DNA from: Candidatus Poribacteria bacterium
Lineage (GTDB): Bacteria; Poribacteria; WGA-4E; WGA-3G
DNA length: 64,000 bases
Reading direction: 5' to 3'
Assembly (NCBI GenBank): GCA_965198235.1
Contig: OZ240248.1
Location: 1,184,001-1,248,000, forward strand
The position numbers and the translations under genes were made by a program. Below, piece after piece: positions 20,176 to 30,485 of this stretch (the first letter of the stretch is position 1; the number at the start of each line of letters is the position of its first letter). Under the pieces are notes generated by a model. That model saw nothing but the letters and a program-made list of their open reading frames with translations, had not been told where the DNA came from and made no database searches.

Positions 20176-20500
20176 GTAGCCTGTAATGAAATGGAAGGCG
20201 GATTTAAGAAAGGCAGCCGATAGTTCAAACCCGCGACGTTTGACCGCAAGGAATAATTAAAGAATGCGAGATGAACCGTATCACGTAGCTCGTAATGAAA
20301 TGGAGAGCGGATTTCAGAACGGGATGTCAAAGTTCAAACCCGCGACGTTTAACCGCAAGGAATAATTAAAGAATGCGAGATGAACCGTATCACGTAGCTC
20401 GTAATGAAATGGAGAGCGGATTTCAGAACGGGATGTCAAAGTTCAAACCCGCGACGTTTAACCGCAAGGAATAATTAAAAAATGCGAGATGAACCGTATC
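20176..20500 (+). repeat. Tandem 109-bp repeat: ~90-bp GTAGC..AACCGCAAGG element plus duplicated first 19 nt of prcA
   Basis: ATGCGAGATGAACCGTATC at 20264, 20373 and 20482; copies 2 and 3 are essentially identical. Confidence 0.92.
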
Positions 20501-21252
20501 GCTGGATAGAAGCGATTCAGGACCGACGAGATTACATTGAAGACCAGCTCCGCGTCGGGAGCCCTGTTGTAGGACTTACCTATAACGAAGGCGTGGTGCT
20601 ACTCACTATTGGTAGAGGACAACGCAAAATTTTTGAGGTGCATGACCGAATCGCGCTCTCCGCAATCGGACACCCTGCCGATATTGAACGTCTCCGAATG
20701 CTTGTTACCGACACCGCCAGCGTCCAAGGTTTTCAAAATGCTACCGAAGATGTAAACCTACACCGACTCACGAACTTTGTTTTAGCACATACCTTCAAAC
20801 AGGCGTTTGAGTCCATTGTTGGTGAAGCGTATATCATTAAAATGTTGCTCGCCGAACTCGGCAGCACTGATGATAAAAGTCGTTTTACCTGTATCAACTA
20901 CGACGGTAATGTCCGGACAGACATAACCTCTACTGTTATCGGCGGTACAGAAGCAATCGAGACGGGAATGCAAAACTATCTCACGACTACTTCTACAGGT
21001 ACCGACAGAGATTTAACCGCTGCACTTCAGTTGGGTTTAGAAGCGTGGGCAGTTGGTAAGGAATTGAGTTCACGAGAACCGGAGGAAGCTGAATCGGAGG
21101 AAACCCAGATAGATACTGCGCAGATGCACGAAATTATTAATGCTGCACGGGAAGACGGTGAGATTGAAGCAGGGGTTTTGGAAACCATGCAGCGCGGTGC
21201 AAGTAAGTTTCGTCTGTTAACCTCTCAGGAAATTGAAACTGCCCTCCCGTAA
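20482..21252 (+). CDS. prcA: 20S proteasome alpha subunit
   Basis: R.DY....LR.GSPVV, RKIFEVHDRIA.SAIG...D.E.LR, ..YDG; position in the operon. Confidence 0.88.
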   Translation: MRDEPYRWIEAIQDRRDYIEDQLRVGSPVVGLTYNEGVVLLTIGRGQRKIFEVHDRIALSAIGHPADIERLRMLVTDTASVQGFQNATEDVNLHRLTNFVLAHTFKQAFESIVGEAYIIKMLLAELGSTDDKSRFTCINYDGNVRTDITSTVIGGTEAIETGMQNYLTTTSTGTDRDLTAALQLGLEAWAVGKELSSREPEEAESEETQIDTAQMHEIINAAREDGEIEAGVLETMQRGASKFRLLTSQEIETALP

Positions 21253-21626
21253 TTTCTCTACTGACACGCTTTGTAAATGCCCATTCGCAAAATTCAACTT
21301 TCTAACTATGGGAATCTGTTAACCATCGAAGAAACACCCAAGCAAAAACACTTGTGTTTTAACATCTATAATGGAGTCGAGTTGATGGTTAAACTGCTCT
21401 ACTACGTTCCTTGCCCCTCCCAGTAACGGGCGGGGACCCCGGTTTTCGGTGAATTCCAACCCGCTCCAGATGCGCAAAGGTTTCTGATTTCACCAGGAAC
21501 CATCGTGAAACGAAATTAGGTTTCCTTAAATGGCATAATTTTGCTTCGCAGTGTCCCGCAAGCCTCTATAGGCTTGCGCAGAATGCTTTACATTTGGAAC
21601 GATGCCCAGGGGCTTATAAATTAAAA

Positions 21627-23069
21627 ATGAAGAAAAGAATTTTTGGGATCGAAACTGAATTTGGATGCATGACGGATGCCGAACGGATTCGTGGCACCTC
21701 TGAAGGTGTTGCGGCACGCGTGCGCGATTATGTCTTCGATGTGTTGGAACTCGGTCTTCGGGACATTCACTACCGAGACTGGGGCGAACCGCCGGGTAAC
21801 GGTGGGTTCCTATTCAACGGGGGTCGTCTCTACATTGATATGGGGCATCTCGAGTACGCTACACCCGAATGTGGCAGACTCTTTGACCTTATCGCCTACG
21901 ATAAAGCTATTGAACATGTCATCAACGGTATCCTTAGGGATACCGGGTTGCCCACGGCTTTCTTCAAAAACAATATTGATCATTTTACAGGTGCAACCTT
22001 TGGATGTCATGAAAACTTCCAAATCAGTCGAGATGTTCCCTTTTACCGTGTTGTCATCCCGACGCTTATGCCCTTCTTCGTTACGCGCCAGATTTACGCA
22101 GGGGCGGGCAGAGTAGGGGCTTATGATGAAATGATTGAATTCGGCAATTTTCACGATGAACTTGGCGAGCAACAATACTATCAAATTTCGCAGCGCGCCG
22201 ATCACATCGTCACTGAAATTTATGAATGGATCCAGTTCAGTCGCGCAATCATCAATACGCGAGACGAACCACTCAGCGATTACACGAAATACCGTCGTCT
22301 CCATCTTCTCGTTGGGGATTCCAATATGTCAGAGTACGCATCCGCCCTGAAGGTAGGCACTACTGCCCTTTTACTCTCTGCTATTGAAACGTTCCACGAG
22401 ATGCATGGCGAAAAATTGCCGCTCCCGGGTTTTGAACTCGCCGATCCGGTCTACGCGATTCGACACATCTCACGCGATAATACCTTCACGTGGCGCGTCG
22501 AACTGAAATCCGGAAAGACTATCTCTGCTATTGATTTGCAGAGAGAGTATCTTAACTTCGTTCAGGCTTTGATTGTCGAACGTGACGAAGAAAGCGAATG
22601 GGTGCTTGCGGCATGGGAGTCTATCCTTGATGAACTCGAAGATGATTGGCTAAATGTTATTGATCGTGTCGATTGGGCCGCCAAAAAATGGCTGCTTGAA
22701 GCTTTCATTGATGAAGAGAAATTAGATTGGGAAGATCCTTGGATTAAAAGTCAAGATTTAGAATATCATAACATCCATACTGAAAGTGGACTCTACTACG
22801 CACTTCAGGAACAGGGGCAGATGCAAAGGGTTGTCACCGATGAACATATTCAGCACGCCGTAGACAACGCACCCCAAGATACCCGGGCAAAAGTTCGGGC
22901 GTTCCTGATGCGTACGCTTACCCAAAACCGAATGCCTTGTATTGTTGATTGGCATCAAATATATGCAGGACATACAGAATATTTTGAGATGAAAGAACCG
23001 TTTGACACCAACATCACGAAGGCGCAAAAATGGATGAAAAGGCTACGGAAGCGACCCGCGCGAACTTGA
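21627..23069 (+). CDS. pafA: Pup/UBact-protein ligase PafA
   Basis: RIFGIETEFG, FLFNGGRLYIDMGHLEYATPEC, FKNNID, GCHEN, SQRADHI, INTRDEP, YRRLH..VGDSNMSE. Confidence 0.92.
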   Translation: MKKRIFGIETEFGCMTDAERIRGTSEGVAARVRDYVFDVLELGLRDIHYRDWGEPPGNGGFLFNGGRLYIDMGHLEYATPECGRLFDLIAYDKAIEHVINGILRDTGLPTAFFKNNIDHFTGATFGCHENFQISRDVPFYRVVIPTLMPFFVTRQIYAGAGRVGAYDEMIEFGNFHDELGEQQYYQISQRADHIVTEIYEWIQFSRAIINTRDEPLSDYTKYRRLHLLVGDSNMSEYASALKVGTTALLLSAIETFHEMHGEKLPLPGFELADPVYAIRHISRDNTFTWRVELKSGKTISAIDLQREYLNFVQALIVERDEESEWVLAAWESILDELEDDWLNVIDRVDWAAKKWLLEAFIDEEKLDWEDPWIKSQDLEYHNIHTESGLYYALQEQGQMQRVVTDEHIQHAVDNAPQDTRAKVRAFLMRTLTQNRMPCIVDWHQIYAGHTEYFEMKEPFDTNITKAQKWMKRLRKRPART

Positions 23070-23270
23070 TTTTTTAATTATGGCCTCTTGGGCTGCGCTC
23101 CACTACGTTTCGCGCAGGTTTCTGGTTAATTCTGTACTGGGTTTGGGAATTTGTGCGTTTTTGGGGATCCCACTACTCGTCTTATCAATCTTCGGTGTCA
23201 AGACCCCATGCTTTAGCTTGTGGGATGTAGACACCGCCCTCTTAAAAAGGACCAAAACGCCATTTTTAAC

Positions 23271-23300
23271 TTGACTTTTTTCGTGAAAAAACGCTATAAT
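23271..23300 (+). promoter_or_regulatory. sigma70-like promoter inside the IS left end
   Basis: TTGACT-18 nt-TATAAT. Confidence 0.7.
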
Positions 23301-23304
23301 GATT

Positions 23305-23386
23305 GTATCAGGTTGGCAGACATTCTCAGCGTTACCACTTGGTAGCGTGTCTGCCTCCCACTGAGAAGGGGATAACCGCCTGATAC
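23305..23386 (+). ncRNA. Putative structured RNA with pseudoknot (C4/CI antisense-like architecture) in the tnpB leader
   Basis: Stems GTATCAGG/CCTGATAC, GGCAGACA/TGTCTGCC, CGTTACC/GGTAGCG, TCCC/GGGA; bulge TTCTCAG is complementary to loop CTGAGAA. Confidence 0.6.
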
Positions 23387-23396
23387 CTGATAATCC

Positions 23397-24621
23397 ATGC
23401 GAAACACGAACCATAAACTTTTTGATGATAAAACTTTGTGTCACTTGCACGATGACCTGAATATCTGTGGCGTTGTCAAGAACCATTTTCTGGCACTCGC
23501 TATGCGATATTACCGCAGGTATGGTAAGGGACTTTCGTATTCCAAAATGTCGAAGCACCTGACGAAACTCAAGAGGCTTGAGAAGTATAAGCACTGGAAT
23601 ATCCCATACTCATGGGCATTACAGAATGTCCTCAAGCGTCTGGCACAAAGTTTCAAAGAAATGAAAACGTTAGGCAGAGGCCACCCTCAATTCAAGTCCT
23701 GCAAGAAACACAAAGGCATGACGTTTCGGGGTGAACAGGTTAAGATTGAAAAAGTTTTGGACGCGCAGAAAAACGAAAGAAACCACCCGACGTATAAAAT
23801 CCGATTGAACGGACGTTGGTATCGTTTTGCATTACACCGTGAGATAAAAGGCGAAATCAGCCAAGTTCAAGTGACAAGGGACGCACTCGGAGACATGTAT
23901 ATCACCTTCACAGAAGATTACTCGGAAGTGATACTCGAACCCAAGACGGGTAAAGCCGAAGGGTTCGATATGGGTATCAAAGACTTCCTGACTGGCAGTG
24001 ACGGCAAACGATATACCTCTCCGATGTTCTATAAACAGAACGCCAAGACATTGGCAGAAGCACAAAAGTCGTATTCCCGAAAGGTGAAAGGGTCTCAGAA
24101 TCAAGAGCGAGAACGCAAAACTGTTGCGCGTATTCATAAGAAGACTGCGAATCAAAGAGCAGACCACCATTGGAAACTCGCAATAGAGTTGTGTCGGCAG
24201 TTTGATATCCTGTTCTTTGAAGTGTTTTTGCTTGGGTGTTTCGCTTCGCGGTATGAAAAAACTTTGGGGTCAACAGGTTTCTGACCTCGCCTTCGGTGAG
24301 TTTATGCAGAAACTCAAACACCAAAGCAAAAAACGTATCCGTTCTGTGCTGAAGGTTGATAAATGGTCGCCGACCACAAAAGCCTGTTCTGTTTGTGGAC
24401 ATAAAAATGATACTCTCACGTTAGCAGATAGAGAATGGCAGTGTCGAAGTTGTCATACACACTTGGACCGAGACCAGAACGCTGCTATCAATATACTTAA
24501 GGAGGGGGTAGCCTCCTTTGGGTTAGGTGTCGTAAGACCTATCGTTTTGTTCAACAAAATCGTAGGCTGCTCCGTTGAATCGCACAGTCCGATTCTGAAT
24601 TCCACAAGCCTTTCGCGTTAG
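23397..24621 (+). pseudogene. tnpB: TnpB RNA-guided nuclease, frameshifted at 24222-24243
   Basis: RuvC-I GFDMG and RuvC-II FFE in frame 1; CSVC/CRSC zinc finger and DRDQNAAINI in the next frame; the frameshift is caused by a foreign insert. Confidence 0.88.
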
Positions 24622-24675
24622 ATTGCGGAAGCCCCATGCTTTAGCTTGGGGGTCTATCACCAAAGGAGAAAGACC

Positions 24676-25992
24676 ATGGCAGAAGACAGATGCGTACATA
24701 CAGATTGTGAGGGATTTTACCGCCGAGATTTTCTCAAAGCCGGTGCCCTCGGTTTGTTCGGTCTCAGCCTCACAGACCTGTTCCGACTCAAAGCGCACGG
24801 TGCAACCACATTTCAGGGGAAGGAAACCGCTACTTCCGTTATTCTCGTCTGGTTGGGGGGCGGCCCAAGCCACCTTGATATGTGGGATCTCAAGCCGAAT
24901 GCCCCTGAAGAAATTCGTGGGCTTTTCAAACCGATATCGACAAACGTTACCGGTATTCAAATTAGCGAGCATCTTCCCAGGCTCGCTCAACAAACCGATA
25001 AACTCTGCATTATCCGCTCGATGACCTCTCCAGAGGCGGCGCATGAGCGTGGAACACACTATATGATGACAGGTTATCAACCCTTACCGGGTTTTGCTGT
25101 CCCAGGATATGGTGCCGTTGTCTCCAAGCTCAAAGAACAGCGAAGTGCATTACCTCCCTATATTGCTGTGCCTGCGCCAGTCGCTTATGGTGGTGGCGGA
25201 TTTTTAGGCGCGTCGCTCGCACCTTTCTCACCCGGAGGAAACCCGGCAAGCAGGAACTTCAAGGTGCGAGATTTAGAACCTCCCAAAGAGGTTTCCGTTG
25301 AACGCGTTGAACGCCGCCGTTCATTACGCCAAGCCGTTGATGCCGCTTTTAAAAAATATGAGGCAGGCAATCCGGCGGCTAAAGCAGTCGATAGTTTCTA
25401 TACCTCCGCTTACGACCTGATGAGTTCCACCGATGCACGTGCTGCGTTTGATCTCGCCAATGAGACAGGCAAAACGCGCGATGCGTATCAACGGAATACC
25501 TTCGGACAAAGTTGCCTCCTTGCCAGAAGGCTCGTTGAGGCAGGGGTTAACTTCGTCACTGTCAGTAACGGTGGATGGGACAACCACAACAACATCTTCT
25601 CATCGTTGCCGGGTAAACTCAACGCTTTCGATCGGACGATGGCTACCTTAATCGGAGACTTAAGTGATCGAGGATTGTTGGAAACGACCCTCGTTTTGGC
25701 TATGGGTGAATTTGGAAGAACCCCGGTCATTAACCGCAACGGCGGACGCGACCACCATTCCCGTGTTTTCTCGATGATGTTGGTTGGCGGTGGAGTCCGA
25801 GGCGGGCAAGTCATTGGTGCCTCAGATCCACTTGGCATGGAACCCGCGGAGACCCCTGTACGTCCAGAAGACTTGTCAGCAACGCTCTATCGATGCCTCG
25901 GTATTGATTATAATCAGCATCTGGAATCGCCTGATGGCGTTCGCATTGTCCTCTCACGCGGCGGCAAACCCATTCGCGGCGTTCTCGCGTAA
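24676..25992 (+). CDS. DUF1501 domain protein with Tat motif
   Basis: RRDFLK; WLGGGPSHLDMWD.KP, FGQSCLLARRLVEAGV.FV, GWDNH, GEFGRTP..N..GGRDH; AAGGAG RBS. Confidence 0.9.
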   Translation: MAEDRCVHTDCEGFYRRDFLKAGALGLFGLSLTDLFRLKAHGATTFQGKETATSVILVWLGGGPSHLDMWDLKPNAPEEIRGLFKPISTNVTGIQISEHLPRLAQQTDKLCIIRSMTSPEAAHERGTHYMMTGYQPLPGFAVPGYGAVVSKLKEQRSALPPYIAVPAPVAYGGGGFLGASLAPFSPGGNPASRNFKVRDLEPPKEVSVERVERRRSLRQAVDAAFKKYEAGNPAAKAVDSFYTSAYDLMSSTDARAAFDLANETGKTRDAYQRNTFGQSCLLARRLVEAGVNFVTVSNGGWDNHNNIFSSLPGKLNAFDRTMATLIGDLSDRGLLETTLVLAMGEFGRTPVINRNGGRDHHSRVFSMMLVGGGVRGGQVIGASDPLGMEPAETPVRPEDLSATLYRCLGIDYNQHLESPDGVRIVLSRGGKPIRGVLA

Positions 25993-26165
25993 TTAGCGGT
26001 CAGCCATCAGCAGTCAGCAGTCAGTTTTCAGCAAAGATCGTTTTTTGATATCCGAGAGGGTTTCTCCGTTCGATTTTGGAGAATCTAAACTATCCAAACG
26101 CCACTGACGGGTGATAAGCCGATTGCCGATTGCTGATAGCCAACAGCCATTCACGAGGTCTAAGC

Positions 26166-27245
26166 ATGGGTGGAAGACTTCGTAGTGTAGGAACGCTATT
26201 CGTAACGTCCTACATCATCTTCGCGATGCCTCTCTGTCTCGCAGCATCTCTATCCCCGATCTGGTCACTTGAATTTAGTCCCGATGGTAAGACGCTTGCT
26301 GTCGGGAAATATCAGTGGGTTGAAATCTGGGATCTGGAAACGCAGCGCGTCATCTACACGTATGAACCACATGCCGGTGAGGTGCGGAGTCTCGCGTTTT
26401 CTGCAAATGGCAAAACGCTCTATACGAGCAGTGGACTCGCTTCTCGGAGCGGCGAAGTCCGAGTTTGGAATGTCTCCTCTGAAGAACTCATTAAAAGTTT
26501 TGAAATTCACGGCGATACCATTGAATCTATCTCGCTCAGCCCACGTAACACGACATTGGTCACTGCGAGCATGGATGAGTATAGTGCTGTTATCGACTTA
26601 ACACGACTTGAGGATACCGACTTTTCGATAGACACACAGGTATCCAAATGGCTCACCCAACACGTTGGCAGGGTCCTCTGTACTTTGTATCATCCAGAGG
26701 GTACTTACTTTGTCACCGGTAGCGAAGATAAAACCATAAAGGTATGGAATCCGAGCAATTATACCGTCTTGGTGAATTTAGATGCCAACGATGATGCCGT
26801 CTATAGTCTCGCGTATTCAGTCGAAGAAGGTGTGATTGTTTCTGGTTCTGCCGATAATACTGTTCGAACGTGGCGTGTTACGCCGACGGGAAATGGCGAT
26901 GAAGTTGCCGTGAGGCGAAGTTCGCTGGAGATGACAGGGACACTCGTTCGTGAATACAACGGGCATCAAGGTGCCGTCTATAGTGTTGATGCCGGGCTTG
27001 TATCACTGAGGTCCGCAAATAATCGGATGGCAATGATTGCGTCCGGTAGTGCAGATACTTCGGTAGTTATCTGGAGTCTCCGATCCGGCAACCGTTATGA
27101 GACTTTCAATGAGTCAACGGGTGCTGTTTACACCGTCCAGTTCAGTCCAAATGGCAAATTTGTCGCCGCAGGTGGCAGAGATGGTAAAGTACGACTCTAT
27201 AATCTCCGTAAGCGCGCCTTAACCCACGAATTCTTTAAGGAATAG
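26166..27245 (+). CDS. Exported WD40-repeat beta-propeller protein
   Basis: Repeats FSPDGK.LA...WD, TGSEDKTIKVW, SGSADNTVRTW, GGRDGKVRLY; hydrophobic N-terminus. Confidence 0.9.
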   Translation: MGGRLRSVGTLFVTSYIIFAMPLCLAASLSPIWSLEFSPDGKTLAVGKYQWVEIWDLETQRVIYTYEPHAGEVRSLAFSANGKTLYTSSGLASRSGEVRVWNVSSEELIKSFEIHGDTIESISLSPRNTTLVTASMDEYSAVIDLTRLEDTDFSIDTQVSKWLTQHVGRVLCTLYHPEGTYFVTGSEDKTIKVWNPSNYTVLVNLDANDDAVYSLAYSVEEGVIVSGSADNTVRTWRVTPTGNGDEVAVRRSSLEMTGTLVREYNGHQGAVYSVDAGLVSLRSANNRMAMIASGSADTSVVIWSLRSGNRYETFNESTGAVYTVQFSPNGKFVAAGGRDGKVRLYNLRKRALTHEFFKE

Positions 27246-27376
27246 CCATCAATTCTCGGCAAATTGACTATCAGCCTACTTCGCAGTGAGAACATAAAAA
27301 GAACCTTTCTGACACGCTTGCGTCTTTGCTGACTGCCGACAGCCGACTGCTGATGGCTACTCTTGGGAGGTTCACA

Positions 27377-30300
27377 ATGCGAACCAATACGAGGTTGTTT
27401 TTGGCTAAGCGATATAGCCTCGCAAACATAACCCAGATCCTTTTCACTGTGTTTTTCCTTTCAATCGGCATACCTACGTTTGCGCAAGGTGTTCCACGGC
27501 TCAATTCGCTGTTTCCAGCAGGGGGGCAGCTCGGAACGACTATCGAAATCGCAATCCAAGGTTCCGATTTAGAAGGAGCACACACCCTTATTATTGACGG
27601 TGAACCCGGCATCACCGCCCAACTTCATCCTGGTGGCGGCGCCGTTGATGACACGTATAAGCCCGTCTTTGAGGCGAATTGTGGGCAATGTCATGAACTC
27701 CGATCTCCAAATAACCGATCAATGACGCCAGCACAGTGGGAAACCACTGTCCGACGGATGGTTACAGAGAAAGGCGCAGAGATCAATGCAGAAGCACAGT
27801 CCCAAATTATCGCTTATCTGACATCGGCGGCGAGAGCCAGTGGTGGGTTAACTGCTCAGTTGTCAATCACATCGGATGCCCCTATCGGGATGCGCGAAAT
27901 TCGGGTCGTCGGTAAACACGGCACCTCCACTGCATGGCCCTTTGAGGTGAGTCAGACAGCCGATGTCCTTGAAACAGAATCGAATAACACCCCAGAAACC
28001 GCTACCATTATTGGATTGCCAAGTCTCATCAATGGGCTAATTAATCCCAGTGGAGATGAAGATTATTACGTTTTTGAAGGAGCCAAGGGACAGCGCTGTG
28101 TGTTCAGTGTCAACGCGTATCGCCTCAATAACATTAGCCAGCAATTCTTCAATCCCACACTCTCTCTTTTCGGTGCCAAGGGAGTTGAATTGGCACGGAG
28201 TAACGGATTCTACAGTTTAGATCCACTTCTTGATATTACACTTCCTGCCGACGCTTTTTATGTATTACGCATCCGAGATTTGTTGCATCGCGGCAATCCG
28301 GATTCCGTTTATCGCTTGACAGGCGGTGTTCTCCCGTACAATACCTATCTTTTCCCCGCTGGTGGCACGCTCCCTAATGGAGAGCACTTGTCGAAAGAGG
28401 AAGCTGAACGCTTCTACGGACCTCCCACGCCTCCTGAAGCCAATATCGTTCAGTGTGTTATTGGAGGCGAGAATCTTCCCCAAACCGAATGGCAAGTTGA
28501 ATTGACCGCAGATGAACAGCTAGGACTCAAGCAGATTCGCACACCCTACGGCACTTTTCCGTTCATCGTCAACGCGCACTCGGAAGCCGTCGAAGAAAGG
28601 ATGGCAGTTCAAGCCGCACAAGAAACGAAATCCAAAGCGCGCAGCCTGAAACAAAACCGAACCGCGAGGAAAATTAGAGAGACTGAATCCGAAATCCTTT
28701 TTGAAACGAAATGCACAGCGTGCCATGAACTCCGTTCACCGAGCAATCGCGCACTCTCTGCCGAGGAATGGGAACGCACCATTACACGTATGTCGAATAA
28801 AGAGAACGCCGACATCACGCCGACCGAACGAGACCGTATCATCGTTTTCGTTGCCCAAGAAGCACAACGTTTAGCGGGACTCGTCGCACGCCAACTTGAA
28901 CACGCACAGCATCTCACGACCCCGGGCGCACTCAGCGGGCGCATCTCAGAACCCGGTGAAGTAGACTACTACCGACTTACCATTTCAGAAGGAACAAGCC
29001 TCGGTCCCTGGTGGGTGATTTTTCCGTTTGACAACAGTGACGAGACGGGGTTTGATACCGTCTATCCCCCTGAGACTGAGATAGATTTCAATAAGGAATA
29101 CATCGGCAAAGAGGGGCGAAAAATCGGGTGGTATAAGACCGATAGTGGAGGCGAAAATGTCTTCTCAAATGTCCCGGAGGACGATGTTACAGGCTATGCC
29201 TTAACCTATCTCGAATCTGACCGAGACCAGAACTATCTCTTATCCCTCGGTTCTGACGATACGATCAAGATATGGGTGAACGACCAGCTTGTTTTTAGCA
29301 AATACGTCCACCGACCGCTCCGCCGTGCCGATGATGTTATCCAACTGCCGGTCTCTAAGGGCAGAAACAAGATTCTGGTAAAAATTACCAATGGGTACGG
29401 ACCGTGGGGATTTTTCGCAGATATAGGCGGTTATTCGTTGACTGTCTCCGCAGAGCGTCTCAATTCGCCGCTGAGTCCCTCACTCACCCTACTCAATGCC
29501 CGCGGCGAGGTATTGGCAAATAATGCTGGGGTTAGCGGAAGACGTAATGCGATCATTGATTACAGTTTCGATGAACCCGGTGTGTATGCTGTTCGCATTG
29601 AGGACATCGCTGGCAATGGAGGACCAGGGTACGTTTACCATTTGGATGCACGCCCGACAACCCCAGATTTCGCTATCTCCGTAACACCCGATAACCCGAA
29701 TATCGGGCGCGGTGGGACTGTCCTATTGGAAGTGACCCTGCAACGCCGCGTCGGGTTTACAGAGCCGATACAGCTCTCCGTTGAAAACTTACCTCCCGAC
29801 ATGACTGCCAGTGAAAGTGCAATTCTCTCCGGTACGGGTGTGACACAAGGATACATAACCCTCACTGCCACTCCCGATGCCGAGTTGACGCATCGGGTCG
29901 TTCAGGTTGTTGGTGCTGTCACTACCGCCACTGGCAATGAATACCGTCGCACCGCGACACCCGTTGAAGTCTATCGCATTCAAAACAACGACCAGACTGT
30001 CCAACGGAAAAACGTTGTGGTCAGCGTTACGGAGACCGCCTCTATTGTATTATCAACGGGGTTGGAGGAGATTGTGGTAACTCCTGATGCCCCGATTGAT
30101 ATCACTGTCAAAGTTGAGCGGCAAAGCGGCAATCGACAGAACCTGAACCTAACTGCTGTCGGTCTACCCTTTGGTGTGCGGCTCCGACGGCGAACGACTG
30201 TCCTCCGAAAAAATCAAAACGAGGCTACCTTGACGCTTATGCCGAATATTATTACTGCTGGCACTACCATCAATCAGCTACGCCGTAACCCCTTCGTCGG

Positions 30301-30439
30301 TACACGCCAGACGCTTCCGTATACTGTTGTCATCAATGCCTCGATCGGTCAACGGATTGTGGCGAGCAGCCCTGCCATCAAACTCTATCTTGGAAACTCC
30401 AGAAATCCAGGTCAAGATGCGATACTGGGCGGAAATTAG
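27377..30439 (+). CDS. Large exported PPC-domain protein with two c-type heme motifs and a PA14-like insert
   Basis: FPAGGQ.GT, E.ESNNT, G.I...GD.DYY.F, YVLRIRDL..RG....YRL; CGQCH and CTACH; LGSDD..K.WVN...KGRNKILVK; GGGAGG RBS. Confidence 0.8.
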   Translation: MRTNTRLFLAKRYSLANITQILFTVFFLSIGIPTFAQGVPRLNSLFPAGGQLGTTIEIAIQGSDLEGAHTLIIDGEPGITAQLHPGGGAVDDTYKPVFEANCGQCHELRSPNNRSMTPAQWETTVRRMVTEKGAEINAEAQSQIIAYLTSAARASGGLTAQLSITSDAPIGMREIRVVGKHGTSTAWPFEVSQTADVLETESNNTPETATIIGLPSLINGLINPSGDEDYYVFEGAKGQRCVFSVNAYRLNNISQQFFNPTLSLFGAKGVELARSNGFYSLDPLLDITLPADAFYVLRIRDLLHRGNPDSVYRLTGGVLPYNTYLFPAGGTLPNGEHLSKEEAERFYGPPTPPEANIVQCVIGGENLPQTEWQVELTADEQLGLKQIRTPYGTFPFIVNAHSEAVEERMAVQAAQETKSKARSLKQNRTARKIRETESEILFETKCTACHELRSPSNRALSAEEWERTITRMSNKENADITPTERDRIIVFVAQEAQRLAGLVARQLEHAQHLTTPGALSGRISEPGEVDYYRLTISEGTSLGPWWVIFPFDNSDETGFDTVYPPETEIDFNKEYIGKEGRKIGWYKTDSGGENVFSNVPEDDVTGYALTYLESDRDQNYLLSLGSDDTIKIWVNDQLVFSKYVHRPLRRADDVIQLPVSKGRNKILVKITNGYGPWGFFADIGGYSLTVSAERLNSPLSPSLTLLNARGEVLANNAGVSGRRNAIIDYSFDEPGVYAVRIEDIAGNGGPGYVYHLDARPTTPDFAISVTPDNPNIGRGGTVLLEVTLQRRVGFTEPIQLSVENLPPDMTASESAILSGTGVTQGYITLTATPDAELTHRVVQVVGAVTTATGNEYRRTATPVEVYRIQNNDQTVQRKNVVVSVTETASIVLSTGLEEIVVTPDAPIDITVKVERQSGNRQNLNLTAVGLPFGVRLRRRTTVLRKNQNEATLTLMPNIITAGTTINQLRRNPFVGTRQTLPYTVVINASIGQRIVASSPAIKLYLGNSRNPGQDAILGGN

Positions 30440-30485
30440 GCTTTAAGGTGCCGCGGCAAACTAACGAAAAAATCGTAATTTCTAT

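Larger units (their letters stand above)
23197..24660 (+). mobile_element. IS200/IS605-family (IS1341-type, tnpB-only) element
   Basis: Matching subterminal hairpins CCCCATGCTTTAGCTTG(T/G)GGG at 23204 and 24632; left end near GTCAA, right end TCAC; tnpB but no tnpA. Confidence 0.85.

Noticed and set aside
20222-20500. Possible CRISPR or mini-array before prcA
   Set aside because: The units are identical 109-bp duplications including the prcA start; there are no unique spacers.
24202-24284. Programmed frameshift in tnpB
   Set aside because: The shift coincides with a foreign motif found at four other unrelated sites and removes conserved residues.
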